A DNA stretch of 64,000 bases from the human T2T-CHM13v2.0 reference genome, Homo sapiens, in NCBI RefSeq assembly GCF_009914755.1, contig NC_060934.1; one strand, given 5' to 3'. How positions within the stretch are numbered: position 1 is the first letter of the stretch; every line of letters starts with the position of its first letter. The notes under the pieces were generated by a model that was not told the DNA's origin, ran no database searches, and was given only the letters and a program-made list of their open reading frames with translations. This document shows positions 1-12,939 of this stretch, in pieces. The translations under genes and the position numbers were made by a program.

Positions 1-1946
1 GCCTGTCGCAGGACTTCTGGATTGGGCTGGTAACCTTTAGTCAGTTTCCAAGACCAAATGGAAGGCCGAGGGAATAATTCTTGAGTGTTTCATGCTAAAA
101 CGAAACCTCCTCAAGCCTAAACAAACACAGGTCCCTCTATGACCCCTTTGGCCTCTGTCATTCTGACTGTTCCTCTCGCTCAGCTCAAAGGGGACCACGC
201 AGTGAGGACAGTCCTTTATTAGACGTGTAGACACAAAGTGTGTGTGCATGAGCCTGGCCAAAGCTGCACGCATATTCTCTGCGTGGAAAAGGGGGCTCTC
301 AGCTGAACTGGGAGAAAGCGGTGGCTTTGCATTGGGGAAGCAGAGTTGAATGAAAATCAAATGTCGCCTGGCCCAGTTAGTTACCTGCAGCGTCTCCTAG
401 AGCTCTCAGTGCAGTCAGGGGCAGGAAACCGTATTAGGACATATTGCTTGGCTGAGCTGCAGCCAGAGGAGGTAGAAAGGAACGGAAAAGTGCTCCAGGT
501 GTGTATCTCAGCTTCCTGTGCTCTGTTCCTTTCCAAAATGCAAACGCTGCCTAGCAGCACGCTGCATTTTTATTCAGTTGGTGTCATTACTTGCATGAAG
601 AAAAACCCCACACAAAATACTTTGGCTTTAAAAATAAATCGATCTATCACCAATTCCATTTCTAAACAAAGTAATTGAGTCAAAAGAGAGCTAGGGATTC
701 TCTGATATTGATTTAACTGTATTATTAGACAGGGTTTGGTGAAGATTTTGATGTCTCCTTAGGCGTGTCCATTTCAGAGTGGGCATCTCTTCTCTGATCG
801 GCTCCAGGTATCTTGCCTCCGCTGTCTCTCTACAGATCCTATACAGAAAGCAATCGTGAAAATCACTTGTCTTTTAGGGATGAGATGAGCAGCCTTGAAA
901 CCGAGCTCCCAAAGCTCCGGTTTGAAAAACTTCAGAGGGAGTACTCTGGGAGCCCAGTGACCATGAGATCAGTTTTCAGGGTTTTTTTCCAGGGTGACAT
1001 TCACTCCGACTGCCTGAGCAGGACTGTCTCTATTTAGTTGATATGTTTTAGCTAATCCAATTATTTTCAGACTGCTGCACGCGACAGTTGCATTGTTTAT
1101 CCTGAGCCAGGAACTTTAATAGAGTCCGGATGCGGTTAGGCTGACAGAAGAACCCAGACCTGCATGTTCAGTACATGAAAGTAGGCAGGAGGGAGAGGGA
1201 GGCAGGCTAGCTGGTGGAGTCAAAAAGAAAGCAAGAGGCCGGGAGAGCTGGAGGCACAAAGTGGCCACGGTGCCTGGCAGGGGCTGGGCTTGGGGGTGGA
1301 GGGAAGGATTAAGAAGTGGGGTGCAGCTTGACTCAGAAACACAGGCTGGGGAGCTGAATCGAAAGAGAGCAGACCTATGCATTTTGAGGTTGTGATGGGA
1401 TTTCTTTTCTTTTTCTTTTTTTTTTTAAAGTTCTCTTTTCTGGTAAGGCTATGAGGTTGGGGAGAGCTCGTGGTATCTGAGGCCGGCGTAGTGGTTTGTG
1501 CGGGGGGAGGGGACAGAGTGACTTTTCCAAGATACTCTGGTTTCTTTACCCTCATTTCCGTGTTTGATTTCTCCCCCTCTTGTGCACACTTTCTGCCTTA
1601 AGTTTAGTCTTTTCTTTCCTCTCATTTCTTTCCATAAGACTCTGAACATGGAGGGGAGAAAGAGAGGGCCGTGGTTTCCCTAAGCCAGAGCTAGGAATAC
1701 CGATACACCGATTTTGGTTTTTTTGGCGAGGAGGAGAGGAGGCCATTTCAATTTGGCCTTTTTACTTCCTCCTTCTTAATTCCTTTCTCACAGTCGTGAA
1801 AACCAAGAACAGCACACCTGGCAGGGGCGGCGAGCGAGCTGGGACTTTTGGGAGTGTGGAGGGGAAGTTTCGAGAAGCCCCTCCTTTTGCAGGGGGTGGA
1901 GGTGGTGGGAATTCTTCAGGAGGGGATTCTCTTGGTTTTAGTGGTT

Positions 1947-1947
<1 letters not shown>

Positions 1948-1989
<42 letters not shown>
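1948..1989. repeat. (CT)21 microsatellite in intron 3
   Basis: Perfect CT run followed by a T run. Confidence 0.97.
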
Positions 1990-1996
<7 letters not shown>

Positions 1997-3132
1997 ACCC
2001 CTTTAACCTCTTCTTTGCAAATGCATTTGCTGAAGGAGGACACAGAGAAGAGAGAGTTTTTGGGGTTGTCGCTGGAAACGGTTGAAGTCGTGGTTAGGGC
2101 ACCTATTGCTGTCTTAACGCCTGGGCTTTCGGGGCTGGGACGAAGCTTTTGCAAACAAAAGACAGAGTCTTTGTGTCCAGGGCCGCTTCTTAGCTCCACT
2201 GCCACCTTTCCAGTTGGGCATCTCCCTCCACTGTCATCTGATCGAGCTCCTGCCCTGCTCCCTACCCCCTCCCACAGCCTGGTTTAAGGGTTTCAGGCCA
2301 AGGCGGAGCAAGAGGCATTTGCCAGCAGCTGTTGAATGTCAAGAGGCCTCGCCGCTCTGTGGTTCTTGTCACCTAAGAGAGAGGTGTCTGCCTGAGCAGC
2401 TCACAACAGGCAGGGGTGAGGAGAGGGGAGGAAAGAAGGCAGGAGAGAGTCAGGGCCTCCATTAGGAAAACTGGCTGTTTGCTGAAGTGACAGACCAGAG
2501 GCAGCAAGGAAAAAAGAAGAAGAAAAGCCCATAGGAGGCAATGGCAACCTTGCCGAGTGAATCAAGACAGAAAATTACCCTAGTGTGCAGAACCTTGTTG
2601 AAGAGGTAACCGTTGCTAGCTTTCAAGGTGTTTCTGAAAAGGAAGCTATCACCCTCCCCACCACCCTGCAAATGAGAGGAAATCAGACTGATCATGTCAG
2701 GCTGGGAGGTCCCCCAGCACCAGGGTGCCCAGGAGCCGGGTGGCAACCACGCTCCCCGCCTCCAACCACAGCGGCCTCTCCTCACACTGCCCTCTGCCCA
2801 GTGCCCAAGTAGGGGAGGAGCCCGAGGGGGTCCCCTGTCTGGGCAGGGTGGGGAGTGGGCCTGCAGTCCTAGCTGGGACAGGGCCAGTGCTGCCCCAGAA
2901 GGGGCTGACCCAGCAGCCACCAGCGACACAAAAAGGCAGGCCTGCGGCCTGGCTTGGGCTGCAGCCGGTTACTCGCCCACTCACCCTTCACTCTTTCCTT
3001 CCAGCCTCCCCCACATCCAGTCTGCCACATCCCTCAGGCTTTTGACCCCAACTGAAAGGTGTCTGGGTGTGATTCAGGCCTGAGCCTTTTTCAAGAACTG
3101 AGAAGAGCCGTTGGGTACTTAGGAAGGCGCCT

Positions 3133-3148
3133 TTGGCATGCACTGAAG
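3133..3148. promoter_or_regulatory. NFI-like site TTGGC-N5-CTGAA; probable rs3824662 position (3146 = A)
   Basis: TTGGC half-site seen directly. SNP identity rests on recalled flanking context and distance (1747 nt) to the exon 4 acceptor. Confidence 0.7.
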
Positions 3149-4892
3149 CGTGTTTGTGTTTAATCTCAGGGGTTCTGGGGCACAGCAAAGGCTCTCTGGG
3201 GACCCTAGGCTAAGAATCTTTTGGAATGTGGAGCAAAAAAAAAACCTCTCTTACATCCTCATTTTTTTTTTTTTTTTTAAAAACAAAGTAGACAAAAACT
3301 AGTGGGCACCATCCCTGACTTTCAAGGGTGCAAGACCCTCTTCCATTTGCAAAAGTCTTTAACTTTCCTGAAGAACTTACCCCTGGAGAGTATCACAGGC
3401 CCCCAAGTGTGAACCCCCCTAGTTCCCTCCTACTTGATCTGGGGCTTTCCAAAGGCCCAATAGGTCCCATATCTGCCAAGGCAGATTTTTCCTCCTTTTA
3501 GGGGAATCAAAATTCTCAAGCACCCTACTGGGTTCTCTTCTTCTACCCCAGTGGTCCGGGCAGGTTGGAGGTCATTAATTACTCTCTTAAAACAAAACAG
3601 TCTTCAGAGCTCATTTTTCTTCCCTACCTACCCTCCGGGGTCCTCCTCTGGGCCTCCCCTCTCTGGGGGACCAACTTGAGTTAAGCCTCCTGTTCCTGCA
3701 AGGAAGGGGAGTCCTGGCTTTCTCTGGGCACCCAGAGAACTGGGCGCTAGAGACCCGTGTGTCCCTGGGTCCCCCAAAACCAAGGAGATTCTCCTAGAAA
3801 GCATCTTTCTCTTCCTCTTGCAAAGTTGAAATCAGTTAGCCAACTCCCCCATGTCTTGAAATGGTAATTTAAGGGATTCTTCCAAGGAGCTTTCTGGGTG
3901 GGTCTGGGTCGCTTTCCAGCCTGGGCTGAGGGAGTGAATGCTGCTCAGACTTCCTACCGGCCTGGCTGGTTTTTCGTTTATTTTGTTTGTTTGTGTTTTT
4001 GGGAAAAGAGAAACTGTAGGCAGGCCTTGGTTACTGAGCAGCCACCCCGCTTTGTTAACTTGCCTCTTCTCCTGATCTTCCTCTGATCGGCTTCACTCTG
4101 TCCTCCCAAACCTTCCCTTTTCCTTTTTCCCTCCCTCCCCCTCTTCCAGGTTCCCTGCCTAAAGTTTGCATTTCCCCCTTGCACCCCCTGGCTGGGGTCA
4201 TACTTTAACTTCAGTCTCCGTAACAGCGGCTGGAAAGCTATGGAAACCCCTGCTGGGTCCTAATCGCTTCCTTTCCAGCCAGGGACATTTGCAGTTTGAT
4301 TGGAAGTAAAATCTAAAACCCTAGCTAGTGAAATCAATCAGCCGATTGATCAATCTATGCATCTATTTATTATCTGTTCACCTATCTAGCCATTGATGAA
4401 TCCTTCCTTTCCCCCATCCTAATCTTCATTATTTAATCAATCTCTATAGACAGACCCATGATGATAATGGGTCACCTTTGTCTTCCTTTTTTTCCTTTGA
4501 GGGAAATGAATGGAATGTTTGCCTTTTGCCACCATCCAGGGCTCAGGATTTTCTCAGGGAAGTATTTGTAGCTGGAATCTGCATTCCTCCTTGGTCCTGC
4601 CCGATCTTCTCCATCAAGTCGGGCAAGCCAAGAACAGGGTTCTGTTGCAACGATGCATCTGCCCCTTCTGCGGGCGCCTCCGTGTGTGTCGGGGGAACGG
4701 TCATGCCAGGACAGCATTCCCCAGCTCAACTTTGGAGCATCTTGGAAAGAGGTGGGGGTGGACACGCTCCCCAAAAGAGGAGGGAGAAGGAAAAAAGTTC
4801 TCCATTTTACGTTTCTCCCCCAGTTCCAAATGCTGTCAGCTTTCCTGCGTGTTTTCCTTCCCTAAGTGGCTTATCTGTGCTTTTGTTTCCAG

Positions 4893-5038
4893 AAGGCAGG
4901 GAGTGTGTGAACTGTGGGGCAACCTCGACCCCACTGTGGCGGCGAGATGGCACGGGACACTACCTGTGCAACGCCTGCGGGCTCTATCACAAAATGAACG
5001 GACAGAACCGGCCCCTCATTAAGCCCAAGCGAAGGCTG
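4893..5038 (+). CDS. GATA3: GATA3 exon 4 (146 bp), N-terminal zinc finger
   Basis: Acceptor ttttgtttccAG|AAGGC, donor CTG|GTAAGT. Encodes (E)[48 protein letters not shown] (within ORF 4478..5353). Second in-frame acceptor at 4896. Confidence 0.99.
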
Positions 5039-6101
5039 GTAAGTTCTCGGGAAGGGATGGATTCCATGCTGACCATTCTGGGTTTCTCATTTCCTCTCTT
5101 CCGGAAGGACAGCTTTCTGCAGGAAATTGACAGGATAGCCTCCAATCGTGTCAGCTGGCTTGGGACAGTTTTTTTTTTTTTCCTTTTTCTTTCTTTCTTT
5201 TCTTCTTCTTTTTTTTTTTTTTTTTTTTCAAATTTGATACACAGAACAGCTCTTTTCCCCTCTTTTTCCCCATCCATGTTTCTTAAGTCACTTGTGAACA
5301 TTTTAAGGAGACTGAATTCTTGGTTATCAAATCTGCAGTGTATTCCTGAATAGAATAATGGTATGAACAGGACCAGAGCAGCTGGTTTAAGTGCACTGAT
5401 GAGCACCGTTTGACAGATAGAGACATTTAGTATGAGGACGGAATGTTCCAGAAACCATCCAGAATGGGTTCCTGAAGTTGTGGCGTGTGGCTTCCCAGGA
5501 AGGATTACAGACTCAGTGCAATGGATGGATTTGTTATGCTAATGCTTCAAAATGGTTGGAGCTGATTAAATGAATTTCAGAGGCTTCACCAGCAACCAGT
5601 GAGCCTAATGCCACTTTCCTCCTTTCTTGGTCTCAGCATTTGAGAACTTTCCACAGGCAATTCCTATGGGAAACGTCGTGTGAGTCCTCTCATACCTGGC
5701 ATTTGGTCTTCTTTTCTCTTTGAACTACTACCAGTAAGGTGATAGTTTTTTCTCTCCTCTCTCATTATTCTTTTAAAAACTTTTTAAGCATGAGGGATCC
5801 TTGAGAAAACCTGGCTCTGTCAAGCATTTATAAGGAAGACTTATAGGGGACATTCATTTGCAAGCTCCTCTTTGGAAGTTTGAATAGTGAATGTATGTGA
5901 CAGACAAATAACAACTCTAGCCACAGCTAAGAGATCAAAATGCTTTATGTGGTGCTGACATTCACCAAGTCGAGATGGGAGGAGGGGAATTTCCCCACGC
6001 AGATTAATGGATAAATTAGCATCCATCAATTTCTAAGGAAGGAAAAAGAACACCTCTGTATTCTTTTTAAAGAATACTTTGCCCTCCCCATCAGATTGTA
6101 G

Positions 6102-6456
<355 letters not shown>

Positions 6457-8438
6457 AAAGAAGGAAAACTTTCTAGGGATGGAAATGTCCACATGACTTT
6501 AATCTTTGACAATCCTGGATATCGAGGCTTTATTCTTTCTGATCTTTGCCCCCTTCTCCAACTTTCTCAACCTTCCCCCACCTCTCCTCCAGCAGTTTGG
6601 TTTTTTTTTTTTTTTTTTTTTTTTTTTCCTTTCTCTCATGTGCAAAGCTGACTTCCTAGGAAAAAGCTGCCGGATATCTGAGCACTGGAGATAACTCATA
6701 AACAACAACTCAGCTTCCCCAACCTAAACACCAAGATGTTTGAACGTATCAGAACAAGAAGTGTTTGAAAAAAAAAAAAAAAAAAGGCTAGAGGTGTTAG
6801 TGCAGAATGAATATGATCACACCACAAAAGAATGTTTTGAATCACTCAAAAACCTGGCCTTAGTAAAAAAAAAAAAAAAAGAGAGAGAGAGAGAGAGGAA
6901 AAAAAAACAACAAACAAAAACCTTCTTGTTAAAATGTGTCTTGGTACCATTATAGTTGTTTTTTTTGTTTTTTCTGTTTTTTTTCTAATAAAAGTAAAGA
7001 AGGAAAAAGAGGGATTAAAAGTCTCAAGGCATGGGCTGATTGGTGAGCAAAAGTTTATTTGACATTTTCTTGGGTCTTCTTCCTCTGTCTGGTCAGATTG
7101 CAGAGGAGGATCGTAATTCCATTTTATGCAATTTTATCTCCACTCACCTTTCATAGGAAATCTCTAGAACTCTGAGTAATAATTGCTTTGAATTTTAGAG
7201 TTCAATGACTGTCACATTTTCATCTGTCTTTTCTTTCTTAATCATCTGTCTTTGGTGGTTTGATGTTTTGAGTTCTATAGAATTCATAAGCTACAGGGAG
7301 GTAGAACACAGGACACACTCAGATTTCTTTTTCTTTCTTTCTTTCTTTCTTTCTTTTTTTTTTTTAGCCCTGAGATGTATTTGACTTCTGAACACCTAGA
7401 ACCCTTTGTTTTCTTCTTTCCTGTATTCCCTGACCCTTTATTCCAGTTCCAGCTTGCTATTTTTGTTTGATACATTTGCAGATTCACTGAAGACCACCCA
7501 GCCCATATATAGCTAGCTCTTCTGTGAGATGCGTATTTAACCCTGAAAAAACTAATGCAAGAAATAGGAGAGATGACCGAAGGGAAGACTCATAGATTCT
7601 TTTCCCCCTGGCATTGCCAGGATTTTCATACATCTCACCACTAGTGAGAGGCTGAGCTGCTTGCTTTAATATACTGTACCTCCTGCTAGTGACCCAAACA
7701 GTGTGGCTTTGAGAGACCCTAAGTTCCCATAAAGTTTGTAGTACTGGAAGCTTCTTCCTTTGCTTTTATTTAGATTGCTGTCAATAGACTGCAAAAGATT
7801 ACATGCTGTACCTTGTCATCTGGAGCTCTGACTTTACCAGTTGGCATTATATGCTTGTACTCTGTACATTCAGAATTGCTGGGCTAGGAAACCCAGGTGC
7901 CTGAGTGATATTAATCTGCTATATCTGAGTAGCTCTTCTAAAAAAAAAAACACTATAGGAAGATAATAATCACATATAATTTAATTGTCAAAATCATTAA
8001 GCACTGGTTTTACGTAGTACTTTCTCCCAAAAAGTACACAAATGAAACAGTTGTTTAAGCATTAAATTACCATATTTCATAAAGGCAGTCGGGCAGAGGC
8101 ATATGGGGTTAGATCAGCACTCATGGACAATGTGAATTACATTCAAGATGGACAGCAAAAGACTCCCATCTTCTCCCTTATGATAGGCCAGGGCAGTTTT
8201 TAGTTTCCAGTTGCTTAGAACACAGAAAAGAAAGAATTTTTTTAAAAAGGTCATATATACTCTGTTATTTACATCCCACAGAAGCATATCTGTGAAACAA
8301 TTTAGCAACTTTGAAAGAAAAAGGGTCACTCAGGTTAATTCAAAATTGTCACTGGGTTCTCCATATCTGGCAGCTTTGGGTGTTGGCTTCAACTTTTTGC
8401 TTGATAAAATATTGATATAAAACTGTACCAGAATCCCA

Positions 8439-8800
<362 letters not shown>

Positions 8801-9158
8801 TTATAACCATACCAGAATTTTCTTCATCACAGACAGAGACTAAACTCTTTCTTCTCTTACCTTTCCTTTGATAATATTTTTGATCCAGGAATGGGGATAA
8901 TTTTGCAGTTAAAATTTTCTTTTTATGATGGAAGGTGAGGAGGAGAGAGAGGTTTATATTAGAAGTGACCCAACTCCATTTTCTTCCAATGGTTTTTTGC
9001 AGTTTTATTTTTTTAAAGCGTGAACAGAGAATAGTCACCTGATCAATTTAAATATGTCAAAAAGTGAAAGAAAAAATCTCTCTTTTAAAGGAAATGAGGG
9101 CAGTAACACAACCAAGGAATCAAAATTCAGGTTGAGGCTGACCTTTGACCTGCAACTA

Positions 9159-9685
<527 letters not shown>

Positions 9686-10369
9686 TTAGGAGGTCTTGTT
9701 GACCTAGGATGTCCTACTTGGCGCTTCCTCAGGTGTGTCACCCATGTGTATGTGCCACACACTTGCACAGACATTCTTTGCAGAATTTGCTGTTGTGTTG
9801 GCACACTGTTCTCTTTATAACTCAGCATTTCTTTATTTGCGATCCAGAGTGTTTTTGGTGCTTGGCTTTGCACCTCCTTTGCTGTGAATGCATCCTGATG
9901 GCTGGAGCCTGTTTGAGGATGGATATTCTTGGGAGTTGTGTTTGAAAACAACCTCTTGTGGCCCTGGACTTGGTGAAAAAGGCAACTGAAAGCCCAGTTC
10001 CAAAATGAGGCTGGCTAATTCAAAATTGCCACCCATAAAAATTAACCCTCTGGTGTACTTTGTGGGTTGAGGGTAGGAGGCTAAGACTGCCAGGGAGGAG
10101 GTCCCGGCTTCCTGCTCCTACCGGGGAGCAGCAGGTGAAACTCTGACCACGTTACTGCAATCCTGACATGCTCCAGTGGAGTGGCGACATTTTTCTTCTC
10201 GAGGCAGCTTTTGGGGATCTGTATTACTTTCATGTGGACCACTTGCTAGTTTTGATTTCAATGATAATTTCTTCCTTCCTTTTTTTTTTTTTCAAGCCTG
10301 TCTTCATAGTGATGACAACACATTTAACATTTGTTTTGATTTTACCCTCTCCTCTCTCCCCACTCTCAG

Positions 10370-10495
10370 TCTGCAGCCAGGAGAGCAGGGACGTCCTGTG
10401 CGAACTGTCAGACCACCACAACCACACTCTGGAGGAGGAATGCCAATGGGGACCCTGTCTGCAATGCCTGTGGGCTCTACTACAAGCTTCACAAT
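10370..10495 (+). CDS. GATA3: GATA3 exon 5 (126 bp, phase 0-0), C-terminal DNA-binding zinc finger
   Basis: Pyrimidine tract ...ccccactctcAG|TCT, donor AAT|GTAAGT. Manual translation [42 protein letters not shown]; this frame is absent from the ORF track. Confidence 0.99.
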
Positions 10496-12614
10496 GTAAG
10501 TGGACTGGGATCAGCAAGAACAGGGCTCGCTTCCTGATGGTGACCAGCAAACAGTGTCACCACCACCCTCTCCAAGTGAATCGCTCACCATGGGGGCAGA
10601 TGACAGGTTCCAAATAATTGATGCAATAGGACCTAGCTTGGAAAACTACTTTGTCTAGCATAGCCGTGCTGAGGCCGAGGGGGCTCACAGCCTGGCAGCC
10701 ACACAACCCCCTTGGTATGCATTGGACACTCCACATACCATGCAGCAATCCGATGTGCTGAGTGGGCCTGTGTGGTTTATAAGGAAAAAAAAAAATCTTC
10801 CTTTTGGAAAACAAAAAAAGCCACCGGTCCTATTTTGTTGTTTCCTTACATTTTAAACTCTTTGCAGAAAGAGAGAATGAAAGAGAAAGGTAAATAGAAT
10901 TGTAATGTGTGGCAGGGGGTCTGGAAACTAAGAGGACCCATTTGGTTACTGAGAGGTAAAAAGTCTTGGCTAAATCTGTGCTACAAATTTGAAATGGATC
11001 CTCTGTATAAAAGACATGGAAAAAAATGTCTGACAGATTTCGTCTGATGTCTTTGTCCGAACCAACTTTCACGTGCAGAGAGCTAGCTCCTGAGGAAGGT
11101 GGCTGGCCTGGGGGATGTTACCATACCAGGGAAAATAAACTGTCATTTTCTCCTTTTATATCATGTTAGCAGAGCGGTAATTGCCAGTCACCTGAATTTA
11201 GTTGTGTCATTTCTGATCTTTCCATTTGGGGTCCTCTCATTTTGTAATATATCTTAATCTTAAAAAATTTTTTTTTCAGTTTTTTTTTTTTCCTGAAATC
11301 ATTCTGGCTCAGAGGCCATGATTCTAGTGAGGCTTCAAGTTTACATTAACTCTAAAGACAAAAATGGTTATTTTGGTCTTTCTCTGTGTTGCTCTCTCTC
11401 TCCTTCCTTTTTAGCTCTTTCTGATTCTCCTAAATTCTCTTGGCCAACCTGACTTTGGCAAAGTCCGGGGCTGAACAGGGAGGAGACAGGGACTTTTGCT
11501 TGCGGCGGTTCTGGCAATGAACTCATCTTACTCAGGAATACCTGGGAATTGGGGAGGAAGCTTTTCTGGTTGGATTTTTTGAGTCATAAAGAACTTCTCA
11601 GGGTGACCCCAGCACCCTGCTTCTTTTTCACTTCTTGGGAGCAAGTTGCTGTGATTCCGAGGAGCCCTGTACGCTCATTCCCTGCCTGTGCCAACTCTCT
11701 CGCTGTGGCCCTGGTGCAGTGAATGAAACTAGAGTCTTACTACGATCCCTTATTCTCCCTTAGGTCCTGGGACTGTGGTCTATATACATTTATCAGCAAT
11801 TCAATCCAAGTTCTATTTTCACTTTGGGGAATTTGCTTGCTGACTACAGTAGAGATAGAGATTCGTGATTAAAATCTGGAAGGCTTGGGCTTATAAGCTA
11901 TTAGGTTATTAGCATTAGGGTTTATTAGCTATCCAGTCATCAGCACTGCCTATGAAATTATTTTTGGGCTGTAATTTATGGATTTCAAAGAACTTTCATG
12001 TTACTTGATTACATTTGAGCCTGAGATAGTCCCATGATGTAGACAGGGCAGAAATTATTTTTATTTCAGTTTTACTTGAGGGAGTTATGACTCAGAAAAG
12101 CAAGTCGCTTGCACAAGGTAACGTGGCTGAGAAAGTATAAGAGTCAGGGCCCATTTCAGAGTCAGGAGGCTTTCCTGGGAAGTTGGCAGTGTCAGAACTA
12201 AGAGGAGAACCAGGGGAAAGGGAATGCTCTCTTTTTTTAGAGTATAACAAAATTGTAACAAATTGTGTGTGTGTATATTTCATCCCTATATTCGTGGAAG
12301 TATAGGAATTATAGGAGATTAACTAGCTATATGTTTTTTTGAATAGTTAGCTGGGATGAGATATGATCTCACTTGTGTCTGATCACATATATATATATTT
12401 CTGAAGAACATGAATTTCTCAAATCAAAGTAAAGCTGAGGAATCCTCTCCATGGCTCACTTCTACCTCCTCAATCTTAATGAGCTTGGTCTTCATGGCTG
12501 GGCTCCAGTGAATGGGAGACAGAAACTTCCTCATCCTCAAGAGTGGTTTTTCTGTCTTCTCTGGTTTACCAGGAATTTGTAAAAGGAGGCGATTGATGTG
12601 TATTGAACAATAAG

Positions 12615-12939
12615 AGATAATAATCTATTAACATTGTCATCACGTTGCGTTTTGCTCTGCCCTTCCAGACATCTCTACATGGATGCCATAAGCTCTTTCT
12701 TCTTATCTAGGTGTTGAGATAACTGCCTACCTCGGTATCAGCATCTCTCAGTGGTGTTGTGACTGGTTATCTGGGGTTGTGTGGCTACTGGTGTAACTAG
12801 ATATTATATTTAGATACCTGGCTATGTATAGCTAGATATCGGCATCAGAGCTGTGTATCTGGACATTATCTTGGTGAAGATTTGATGTGGGAGTAGATTC
12901 CTGTCATCTCTGTAGGCTGCATCTTTATCTTGATGATAA
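12615..12939. promoter_or_regulatory. Homotypic cluster of GATA motifs in intron 5 (candidate element)
   Basis: Seven WGATAA/TTATCW sites plus five other GATA cores in 325 bp; function is inferred. Confidence 0.5.

Noticed and set aside
1762-3083. Several 100-160 aa ORFs in intron 3
   Set aside because: GC-rich intron and CT repeat keep frames open; no homology recognised.
10168-10617. ORF-track proteins overlapping exon 5 and antisense ORFs over exons 4-6
   Set aside because: Shadow frames of the real GATA3 exons; only the 10377 frame has relevance, as the cryptic-splice product.
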